From contig JAGAKV010000002.1 of the NCBI GenBank assembly GCA_017625505.1, positions 3,287-67,286 of the forward strand: DNA of 64,000 bases. Direction: 5' to 3'. This document shows positions 26,227 to 34,494 of this stretch, in pieces. The notes under the pieces were generated by a model. The model searched no databases. It had not been told where the DNA came from and saw nothing but the letters and a program-made list of their open reading frames with translations. The DNA is from Clostridia bacterium (GTDB lineage Bacteria > Bacillota > Clostridia > Christensenellales > UBA1242). Positions within the stretch are counted from its first letter, which is position 1, and each line of letters begins with the position of its first letter. A program made the position numbers and the translations under genes.

Positions 26227-28386
26227 ATGAACAATATAAAAATAAAAAATCATAGATTGCTTTATGCTGCAATTGGCTTTGGCTTTGCAATATGCATTAT
26301 GCTGGGCGCGCTTGTGGGCGTATTTGCGGCAACAAGCCAGACGGTTACATCAAGCTTCAGCGTCAGCTATTCAATCGGAAACAATATTGCAGCTAAGGTA
26401 AGAACGGAAAAATATATTCCAAACCTTGATGAAGACAACGACGGCAAGGAAGACGGCGCCGTTGCAATCACGCAAGATAAAACACTCAATAAAATTGAAA
26501 CTGATGAAAACAGCTATGTTGTTTTCAACGCACCAGACGCCGCAACCGAAAAAGAAGTTTACATTGGCAAGGTCAATCTAAACCCATTTGCATCAAAGGC
26601 ATATTTCTACTTCACTGTTGAAAGTTTGCTGAGCGATGGATTTATCAGAGTGACCTGCACTCCAACTTATGACGCAAACAAAACAAACATCAACGCAGAT
26701 ATCTCTTACTACAACATCAACGATGGAGAAAGTTTTAATTCAGCAACTTCAGCATCAACAATTGCAGAGGACAACTGGACAAAAGCCCATTACAACAACA
26801 TTCCAGCGGGCGGCTATAAGATGATTCGCATTGCACTGTCAGTAAACGACATCAACAAAAAAGCAAACTGCAGCGGAATATTTGACATTCAACTTGACTA
26901 TTCTTCTGTTACAGGCCTTGCGCCAATTGCTGATACAACAATCTCTTCAATACAAAGTGACTATTCAGCAGCCGAGCAAATTATTTTCGCATACGCCGAA
27001 GAACAGCCAGCAGGTGCTGTTGAAACATCTGCCGCAAAACCAATGGCAGACACAGAAAAGAAAATCTGGACAGAATATGACGAGGCAAGCCTTACCCTAT
27101 ACGTTTATTCAAACTATACAATTGATCTTCCCGAGGACTGCACATCATTCTTTGCAAACCGCAGTACCCTTACAAGTCTTGACCTTTCAAACTTCAATAC
27201 ATCAAACGTGACCAATATGGCTTCAATGTTTGAAAAATGTGAAGCATTGACAAGCATAAACTTCACAAACTTCAACACATCAAAAGTGACAAACATGCAA
27301 AAAATGTTCAACTATTGCAGCGCACTTACTGAACTTGACCTCTCTCATTTCGACACATCACAAGTGCATGATATGGGGGCTATGTTTCAACAATGTAATC
27401 TTTTAGAGAAGGTTGATTTATCGTCATTTGACACATCAAATGTTGATAGCGAATTTGGAATGAGAAATATGTTTTATTATTGCAAAAACCTTACATCACT
27501 TGATATCTCTTCGTTCAACACAGAAAAAGTACCCACAATGCAGGCAATGTTTGCAAACTGCACTCAGCTTGAAACGCTAAAGTTTGATAAAAGCACATTT
27601 ATTACTTCAAGTGTGACAAGCATGAGCTCTATGTTTGGTGGTTGTAACAAACTTACAAATATTGACCTGTCAAACTTTGATACGTCAAAGGTCACATCTA
27701 TGAAACAAATGTTTTATGCTTGTTTGGCAATGGATGTAATTGATGTATCTAATTTTGATACTTCAAGCGTGACTGACATGGGTTATATGTTTTATAATTG
27801 CAAAAATACAACATCCATTGTTTTTGCAGAAGATATTGACACTTCAAACCTGACTGATATGTCATATATGTTTTATTACTGTCAAAAAATCACAGCCTTA
27901 GACGTCTCAAATTTTAACACAGGAAATGTTACAACCATGGAACGTATGTTTTTCGCTTGTGCTAGGGTGACTTATTTAGACCTTTCATCATTTAATACAT
28001 CTCAAGTTACTAATATGAACTTTATGTTTGGTTATTGCAAAGGGCTTACATCTCTTGATTTGTCAAGCTTTGACACTTTAAATGTAACTGATATGGGGGC
28101 GATGTTCGCATCCTCAGAAAATCTTATATGGATTGACCTTTCGTCCTTTAATACTAAGAATGTTGTTGATATGTCGAGCATGTTTTCTTCATGCTTAAAT
28201 GTTGAACATATCTATGTTGGCGGTGACTGGACAACAGCTGCAGTCACAAATTCAGGGTATATGTTTTATAGTTGCACAAAACTTCCAAATTTCATTTCAA
28301 CAAAATATGATAAAACCTACGCTTATGTTGGATTGAATGAAACGACTGACAAGTATGGATATCTCACTTACAAAGCAAATGATTAA
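26227..28386 (+). CDS. BspA-family (DUF285-type) leucine-rich-repeat surface protein
   Basis: 719 aa with SD ttGGAGGgttgat-ATG. Signal segment ends in GVFA|ATSQ. Shared ~210-aa N-module, then about 13 repeats of ~25-26 aa (LTSLDLSNFNTSNVTNMxxMFxxC). C-terminal cap ...YGYLTYK. Confidence 0.85.
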   Translation: MNNIKIKNHRLLYAAIGFGFAICIMLGALVGVFAATSQTVTSSFSVSYSIGNNIAAKVRTEKYIPNLDEDNDGKEDGAVAITQDKTLNKIETDENSYVVFNAPDAATEKEVYIGKVNLNPFASKAYFYFTVESLLSDGFIRVTCTPTYDANKTNINADISYYNINDGESFNSATSASTIAEDNWTKAHYNNIPAGGYKMIRIALSVNDINKKANCSGIFDIQLDYSSVTGLAPIADTTISSIQSDYSAAEQIIFAYAEEQPAGAVETSAAKPMADTEKKIWTEYDEASLTLYVYSNYTIDLPEDCTSFFANRSTLTSLDLSNFNTSNVTNMASMFEKCEALTSINFTNFNTSKVTNMQKMFNYCSALTELDLSHFDTSQVHDMGAMFQQCNLLEKVDLSSFDTSNVDSEFGMRNMFYYCKNLTSLDISSFNTEKVPTMQAMFANCTQLETLKFDKSTFITSSVTSMSSMFGGCNKLTNIDLSNFDTSKVTSMKQMFYACLAMDVIDVSNFDTSSVTDMGYMFYNCKNTTSIVFAEDIDTSNLTDMSYMFYYCQKITALDVSNFNTGNVTTMERMFFACARVTYLDLSSFNTSQVTNMNFMFGYCKGLTSLDLSSFDTLNVTDMGAMFASSENLIWIDLSSFNTKNVVDMSSMFSSCLNVEHIYVGGDWTTAAVTNSGYMFYSCTKLPNFISTKYDKTYAYVGLNETTDKYGYLTYKAND

Positions 28387-28404
28387 AATAGAACTCAAAA
28401 AAAA

Positions 28405-28429
28405 CAGGGGGCGAGCGCCCCTTGTTTTT
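28405..28429 (+). terminator. rho-independent terminator
   Basis: Arm cagggggc, loop gagc, arm gccccttg (8-bp stem with one G-U), followed by T5. Confidence 0.75.
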
Positions 28430-28537
28430 ATATTTATAGTCCTTGATAAATTAGCAATATAAAAAGTATTGCTTTTTTGTTTTAAATGGTGTAAAATTGT
28501 GTTACAATAATTTTATAAAAATGCAGAAGGAGAAAAC

Positions 28538-31366
28538 ATGAATAATCTTATTCGCATAAATGGTGCAAAAGAAAACAACTTAAAGAATGTGAGTCTTGAA
28601 ATTCCAAAAAACAATTTGGTTGTTTTTACTGGCGTGAGCGGATCAGGAAAATCAAGCCTTGCTTTTGGCACAATTTTTGCTGAAGGGCAGCGAAGATATA
28701 TTGAAAGTTTGTCATCTTATGCCCGTATGTTTTTGGGACAAATGCAAAAACCGGACGTTGAATCAATTGACGGCTTAAGTCCAGCTGTTTCAATCGACCA
28801 AAAGACAACAAACCACAACCCTCGTTCTACGGTTGGAACTGTGACTGAAATTTATGATTATATAAGATTGCTATTTGCGCGTGTTGGCGTTCCATATTGC
28901 CCGCACTGCGGAAAACCTATTGCGCAACAAACGGTTGACCAAATTGTAGACGCTGTTGAGGATTTTGAAAAGGGGAGCAAGCTTATTATTATGGCACCTG
29001 TTGTGCGAGGGCAGAAGGGGGCATTTGCAAAGCAACTTGAGGGCTATAAAAAATCTGGCTTTGTAAGAGTGAAGATTGATGGCAGCATTTATACGCTTGA
29101 CGAGGAGATCAATCTAGACAAAAATTTAAAACATGATTTAAGCGTGGTGATTGACAGAATTGTGGTGAAAGAGGGGATTACATCGCGCCTGACTGATTCA
29201 ATTGAAACGGCTGTAAAACTTGCAGAGGGGCTTGTTGTGGTGGAATGCAATGGTGAAGAACACCTATTCAGCACAAATTATTCCTGTCCGACATGCGGGT
29301 GGACTCTTGAAGAGCTTACTCCAAGAATGTTTTCTTTCAACGCTCCATTTGGTGCTTGCCCAACTTGCAGCGGACTGGGCGTTTATTCTGATCTTGACGA
29401 GAAACTAATTTTAAAAGATTCTCACCTGTCTGTTCGTGACGGCGCGTTCAACTGCGTTGGCTGGAGAATGGATAATGGCGGGCTGGCTGAGAAGTATCTT
29501 CGTGCAATGGGGGAGAAGTATGATATCAATTTAGACGTGCCTCTTGAAAAGCTTCCACGTAAAAAACTGGAGCTGCTTCTTTATGGCAATAACGGCGAAA
29601 AACTTGACCTCTACGGCAATGAAAAACAAAACAAAACGTTTGAACATTTCAACGGGAAAAAAGCACTCGCCTTTGAAGGAATTGTCAACAACTTAAAACG
29701 CCGACTTGCTGAGGCGAAAAGCGAATACGTGCGCTGGGAAATTGGCAAGTTTGTCCACGAAATTACCTGCCCGACATGCAAAGGCCAACGCCTCAACGAA
29801 AGCGCGCTGGCTGTTAAAATTAAGGGCGACAACATTTCAGAGGTTTGTGCAAAACCTGTTGGCGAACTCTTAACATATTTTGATGATATAAAGCTATCGA
29901 AAGAAAATGCAGAGGTGGCGGAGCCTATTTTGAAAGAAATCAAGGCGCGTCTTACATTCCTTTCTGATGTTGGACTTGACTATCTCTCGCTTGCCCGCTC
30001 TGCGGAAACACTATCGGGTGGAGAGGCGCAGCGAATCAGACTTGCCACACAAATCGGCAGCGGACTTTCGGGAGTGCTATACATCCTTGACGAGCCATCA
30101 ATCGGGCTGCACCAGCGCGATAATGACAGGCTGATTAAAACATTGAAAAATCTTCGCGATCTTGGCAATACGCTTATTGTGGTGGAACATGACGAGGATA
30201 CAATTCGCACTGCCGACTGGGTTGTTGATGTTGGCCCTTATGCAGGCGTCCATGGCGGCGAAATTATAGGCAACGGAACGCTTGACCACATCATGAAAAA
30301 CTCTCAGTCAATCACTGCAAAATTTTTGCGTGGTGATGAGAAGATTGAAGTGCCAAAGGAAAGACGAAAAAGTGACAAATATCTGGTGATAAAGGGCGCA
30401 AAACAAAACAACCTTAAAAATATTGACGTCAAAGTGCCACTTGGAGTATTTACTTGCATTACTGGTGTTTCGGGCAGTGGGAAGTCCTCCCTTTTGACTG
30501 ATATAATTTATCCACATCTTTCAAACAAACTTAACAACAGCAAACTTGAAGAAGGCGCTTTCAAAAAGATTGAAAATGTCGAAATGCTTGACAAAGTGAT
30601 CAACATTGATCAGTCTCCAATTGGCAGAACGCCACGCTCAAACCCTGCGACTTACGTTGGACTGTTCACACCAATCAGGGAACTGTTTGCCAGCACGCCG
30701 GACGCAAAAGCAAAGGGTTATACTTCAGGGCGCTTCAGCTTTAATGTGAAGGGGGGAAGATGTGAGGCCTGCGAAGGTGCGGGAGTTAAGGAAATTGAAA
30801 TGTATTTCCTTCCAGACATATCAGTGCCATGCGAGGTGTGCAAAGGGCACAGATACAATCGCGAAACGTTGGAAGTGCGCTATAAAGGAAAGACAATTTC
30901 TGATGTGCTTGACATGACGGTTGAAGAGGCGGTCAAATTTTTTGAAAACATTCCTTCAATCAAAAACAAAGTGCAGGCTCTTGCTGATGTCGGACTTGAC
31001 TACATCAAACTTGGACAGCCTGCAACCACCCTCTCAGGCGGGGAGGCGCAGCGCGTTAAACTCGCAACCGAGCTTGCTCGCAAATCAACGGGTAAGACAA
31101 TCTATCTTCTTGACGAGCCAACAACAGGGCTGCACTCTTATGATGTGCGCAAACTGATTGGCATTTTAAACAGACTTGTCGAGAATGGCAACAGCGTAGT
31201 TGTCATTGAGCATAACCTTGATGTAATCAAGTGCGCTGACCACATAATTGATCTTGGCCCAGAAGGCGGAGATAAAGGGGGAACGATTGTTGCTCAAGGC
31301 ACGCCTGAAGAGGTGGTCAAAAATGACAAATCTTACACTGGAAAATATCTTAAGAAATATCTTTAA
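28538..31366 (+). CDS. uvrA: excinuclease ABC subunit A
   Basis: 942 aa. Two ABC modules (GVSGSGKSSL twice, LSGGEAQR twice) and zinc-finger CxxC pairs. SD gaAGGAGaaaac-ATG. Confidence 0.95.
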   Translation: MNNLIRINGAKENNLKNVSLEIPKNNLVVFTGVSGSGKSSLAFGTIFAEGQRRYIESLSSYARMFLGQMQKPDVESIDGLSPAVSIDQKTTNHNPRSTVGTVTEIYDYIRLLFARVGVPYCPHCGKPIAQQTVDQIVDAVEDFEKGSKLIIMAPVVRGQKGAFAKQLEGYKKSGFVRVKIDGSIYTLDEEINLDKNLKHDLSVVIDRIVVKEGITSRLTDSIETAVKLAEGLVVVECNGEEHLFSTNYSCPTCGWTLEELTPRMFSFNAPFGACPTCSGLGVYSDLDEKLILKDSHLSVRDGAFNCVGWRMDNGGLAEKYLRAMGEKYDINLDVPLEKLPRKKLELLLYGNNGEKLDLYGNEKQNKTFEHFNGKKALAFEGIVNNLKRRLAEAKSEYVRWEIGKFVHEITCPTCKGQRLNESALAVKIKGDNISEVCAKPVGELLTYFDDIKLSKENAEVAEPILKEIKARLTFLSDVGLDYLSLARSAETLSGGEAQRIRLATQIGSGLSGVLYILDEPSIGLHQRDNDRLIKTLKNLRDLGNTLIVVEHDEDTIRTADWVVDVGPYAGVHGGEIIGNGTLDHIMKNSQSITAKFLRGDEKIEVPKERRKSDKYLVIKGAKQNNLKNIDVKVPLGVFTCITGVSGSGKSSLLTDIIYPHLSNKLNNSKLEEGAFKKIENVEMLDKVINIDQSPIGRTPRSNPATYVGLFTPIRELFASTPDAKAKGYTSGRFSFNVKGGRCEACEGAGVKEIEMYFLPDISVPCEVCKGHRYNRETLEVRYKGKTISDVLDMTVEEAVKFFENIPSIKNKVQALADVGLDYIKLGQPATTLSGGEAQRVKLATELARKSTGKTIYLLDEPTTGLHSYDVRKLIGILNRLVENGNSVVVIEHNLDVIKCADHIIDLGPEGGDKGGTIVAQGTPEEVVKNDKSYTGKYLKKYL

Positions 31367-31374
31367 AAACGCTT

Positions 31375-31397
31375 GCGCTTTAAGTAAGCGTTTTTTT
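31375..31397 (+). terminator. rho-independent terminator after uvrA
   Basis: Arm cgctt (31376-80), loop taagt, arm aagcg (31386-90), then T7 (31391-97). A longer alternative stem is aaacgctt/aagcgttt. Confidence 0.65.
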
Positions 31398-31568
31398 GAC
31401 TATGATTATTAGCAATAATTGAAATTTTCTTTACTTGTTCGGTTAAAGGCTCGAAAAATTCTTGACTTATTTTTTGTTGCGGTAGTCAATTTTTTTATAT
31501 TTTGACATAAGAAATCGTTTTAAATTTATGTGTTTCAACAAAAGTTTTGAAAAAATATTTAAATTTAC

Positions 31569-31595
31569 TTGACATTTTTCCGGGGGGGGTAGAAT
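31569..31595 (+). promoter_or_regulatory. candidate promoter with a G8 homopolymer in the spacer
   Basis: TTGACA (31569-74), 15-nt spacer tttttccGGGGGGGG (G8 at 31582-89), TAGAAT (31590-95). Confidence 0.45.
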
Positions 31596-31640
31596 AAAGA
31601 TAGATATAATAAGGGGTATTATGCTCCTAAGGAGAAAAGT

Positions 31641-33500
31641 ATGGAAAAAGCAAAATCTCAAAACAAAAAACTTATCTATGCTGTGGTAGGACTTGCATTT
31701 GCATTGTTTGCAGTGCTTGGCGCGCTTATCGGCGTTTTTGCAGCGACAAGCCAGTCAATCACAACAGGGTTTAACATCAACTACACGGTCGGTGATAATG
31801 TTGCTGCTGCAATCAGAACGGAAGCCTACGTGCCAAACTCAGGCAACGCTGCCTCGACAATCATCACAGATAAGGACGGCAACGAAGTTGACAACGAAAA
31901 CGGCTATGTTGTTTTCAACGCACCAGATGAAAGCGTGCCAGCCTCTGTTTATATCGGTGACTTTTCACTTACACCAACAACACCACAACTTGAGTTTTAT
32001 TTTACAATTGAAAACAAACTTGAAACAGGCTATGTTCAAGCAGTTGTAGGCAAAAACTGCACAACGCAAAACAACATGACTGTCAAGACATACTACTACA
32101 ACACCGATTCATTTACTTCAACAAACTCAGCAACCACAATTGACGAAAGCCTGTGGAAGACAAACGCCCACGTGCCAAACGCAGTTGCAGGCGGCTACAA
32201 AATGGTGAAGGTTGTCCTCTCAGTTGACGATGTCAACAAGGCCGCAGCCTGCGCCGGCGACATCAAAATCACCCTCAACTATTCTGATGTTGACAAAAAT
32301 ATTTCTTATCCAAGCATTGATGCAATTACTTCTGTGCTTGGCGCTGGATATTCACAACTTGGCAGTATGCCAGGGCTTGTTTTAGATTATGCCTGCAACA
32401 ATACTTCATATCAAACAACAGGCACTGATGTAAGTTATGCAGGTGATGGCAGCATTTGGGCATATTATGAAAATGGCAACATATATATCCTCTCAAATCA
32501 AACGATGGCACTCGCAGGGGATTGCACTGGCGTTTTTAGCAGCGGTCATCCAGCTCTTGTGATCAACAATATTGACACTTCCGCTGTGACAAATATGTAT
32601 CGAATGTTTAGTGGCTATACCGGCACAATATTAGATTTATCCCTTTTTGACACATCCTCTGTGACGGATATGTCATATATGTTTAATTTCTGCAACAGCC
32701 TGACCAGTCTTGACCTATCAACCTTTGAGACATCAAGTGTGACGGATATGTCATATATGTTTAATTTCTGCAACAGCCTGACCAGTCTTGACCTATCAAC
32801 CTTTGAGACATCAAGTGTGACGAATATGTCACGGATGTTTGCTAGCTGTTCCAGTCTGACTAGCATAGGCCTCTCATCTTTTGATACATCCTCTGTGACT
32901 GATATGAGTTATATGTTTGGTGGCTGCAGCAGCCTGACTAGTCTAGACCTATCAACCTTTGACACATCCTCTGTGACGAATATGTCACAAATGTTTTTTG
33001 GTTGCAACAGTCTGACCAGTCTAGACCTATCAACCTTTGATACATCATCTGTGACAAGTATGTCAAGTATGTTTTATAGCTACCGCAGCCTGACTAGCAT
33101 AGATCTATCGTCTTTTGATTCATCAAGCGTGACGAATATGTTAAATATGTTTTCTTGGTGTGAGAAACTGACCAGTCTAGACCTATCAACCTTTGACACA
33201 GCAAGCGTGACGAATATGGAAAACATGTTTTCTTACTGTTACAGCCTGACTAGTCTTGACCTCTCATCTTTTGATACATCGTCAGTGACAAATATGCTGC
33301 AAATGTTTTATTACTGCACAAACCTTAAAACAATCTATGTAATCGGCAGCTGGTCAACAGCGGCAGTGGCAAATAGCAGCAATATGTTCTATGGCTGCAC
33401 AAACCTTGTTGGCCAAAGCGGGGTTGTGTATAGCGCAAGTAATATTGGCGCAACAATGGCAAACTGGGAGACTGGCTATTTGACACTGAAAACAGCCTAA
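31641..33500 (+). CDS. BspA-family (DUF285-type) leucine-rich-repeat surface protein
   Basis: 619 aa with SD taAGGAGaaaagt-ATG. Signal ends GVFA|ATSQS. Shares the N-module with 26227 and 33717. About 10 repeats of 26 aa (SLTSLDLSTFDTSSVTNMSxMFxxC). Confidence 0.85.
   Translation: MEKAKSQNKKLIYAVVGLAFALFAVLGALIGVFAATSQSITTGFNINYTVGDNVAAAIRTEAYVPNSGNAASTIITDKDGNEVDNENGYVVFNAPDESVPASVYIGDFSLTPTTPQLEFYFTIENKLETGYVQAVVGKNCTTQNNMTVKTYYYNTDSFTSTNSATTIDESLWKTNAHVPNAVAGGYKMVKVVLSVDDVNKAAACAGDIKITLNYSDVDKNISYPSIDAITSVLGAGYSQLGSMPGLVLDYACNNTSYQTTGTDVSYAGDGSIWAYYENGNIYILSNQTMALAGDCTGVFSSGHPALVINNIDTSAVTNMYRMFSGYTGTILDLSLFDTSSVTDMSYMFNFCNSLTSLDLSTFETSSVTDMSYMFNFCNSLTSLDLSTFETSSVTNMSRMFASCSSLTSIGLSSFDTSSVTDMSYMFGGCSSLTSLDLSTFDTSSVTNMSQMFFGCNSLTSLDLSTFDTSSVTSMSSMFYSYRSLTSIDLSSFDSSSVTNMLNMFSWCEKLTSLDLSTFDTASVTNMENMFSYCYSLTSLDLSSFDTSSVTNMLQMFYYCTNLKTIYVIGSWSTAAVANSSNMFYGCTNLVGQSGVVYSASNIGATMANWETGYLTLKTA
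32661..32816 (+). repeat. perfect 2 x 78-bp in-frame tandem duplication (one LRR unit)
   Basis: 32661-32738 and 32739-32816 are identical (gtgacggatatgtcatatatgtttaatttctgcaacagcctgaccagtcttgacctatcaacctttgagacatcaagt). Identity continues 6 nt into the next unit. Confidence 0.95.
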
Positions 33501-33530
33501 TAAAAAATATAAAAACGTAAATAAGAAAAA

Positions 33531-33553
33531 CAAGGCGTGTGCCTTGTTTTTTT
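33531..33553 (+). terminator. rho-independent terminator
   Basis: Arm caaggc, loop gtgt, arm gccttg, followed by T7. Confidence 0.8.
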
Positions 33554-33647
33554 GTTTAAGTGAGTTTATTTTTGATTGCTATAGGAATACGGTGCGAAGC
33601 TTAACCATATAAAAATCAGGCAAAATATAAATATTTTTTAATTTTTC

Positions 33648-33677
33648 TTGACTTATCACTTGCTCTCTTGGTAAAAT
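33648..33677 (+). promoter_or_regulatory. candidate promoter with extended -10
   Basis: TTGACT (33648-53), 18-nt spacer, TGgTAAAAT (TAAAAT at 33672-77). Confidence 0.5.
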
Positions 33678-33716
33678 AAGGGTAAGAAAGACACACTAAG
33701 TGAAAGCGAGGGGTAC

Positions 33717-34394
33717 ATGGATAGCACTACAGCAGCATATAAAAGGCTTAAAATTGCAATTGTTATTCTTTGCGTTGCAATAATGGTTGTAATCGTTGGA
33801 GTGATTGGTGTTTTTGCTGCGCCATCACAATCAATAAATTCTTCCTTCAACATCGAGTATTCGGTGGGAGGCAACATTGCAGCAAAGGTAAAAACGCAAC
33901 ATACTGTTGGCGCAACCACGATTGTTGCCACGAAGGACGCAAGCGGCAATGTCATTACTGATAAGGATGGCTATGTGGTTTTCAACGCGTCAGACACGTC
34001 AGCTTCAAAAGTGGTGGCAATTGGTGACATTCCGATAGATCCGAAAAACACCGAAGTTGAAATGATGTTTACTTTTGAAAACATTTCTGACAGCAATGAC
34101 TTTTATATTCTTTTTCAAGAAAACATCTCAAATGTAAAAAATGTCAAAATCACAGTGTCAAGCATCAAGACTCCATCGGCGGACACATCTTCTTGGGCTG
34201 ATGCCTCTGCGTGGACTGAAGAAGCTGAAATTGAGAATGTGACTACAACAAACTGGTACAACGTGACAACGTTGGGTGCTGGGCTAAAAACAGCATACAA
34301 GGTTAAAATCAAAGTTGACAATGTCAACTGGAGCGCGTCATGCACTGGCGGATTCAGCTTGCTTCTCAGTGAAGAAGATCCTGTCGTAGCATAA
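33717..34394 (+). CDS. secreted or anchored protein consisting only of the N-module shared with the two LRR proteins
   Basis: 225 aa. Signal ends GVFA|APSQSINSSFNIEYSVGGNIAAKVKT. The conserved core DGYVVFNASD aligns with 26227 and 31641 over the whole length. No LRRs. Confidence 0.75.
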   Translation: MDSTTAAYKRLKIAIVILCVAIMVVIVGVIGVFAAPSQSINSSFNIEYSVGGNIAAKVKTQHTVGATTIVATKDASGNVITDKDGYVVFNASDTSASKVVAIGDIPIDPKNTEVEMMFTFENISDSNDFYILFQENISNVKNVKITVSSIKTPSADTSSWADASAWTEEAEIENVTTTNWYNVTTLGAGLKTAYKVKIKVDNVNWSASCTGGFSLLLSEEDPVVA

Positions 34395-34395
34395 T

Positions 34396-34426
34396 AAAAA
34401 ATCCACAAAATTTGTGGATTTTTTTG
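34396..34426. terminator. bidirectional rho-independent terminator
   Basis: aaaaa-atccacaaa-a-tttgtggat-ttttttt. A perfect 9-bp stem flanked by A and T runs, sitting between convergent genes. Confidence 0.8.
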
Positions 34427-34494
34427 TTTGTATTTAATTTTCAAAACAGCAATTTTGGTTTGTTAAGCAAGAATACCTGTTTTCAAAACATCAA

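Noticed and set aside
32615-32866. 83-aa minus-strand ORF with an internal perfect repeat.
   Set aside because: It is generated by the antisense strand of the 78-bp tandem duplication within the LRR gene and is not an independent gene.
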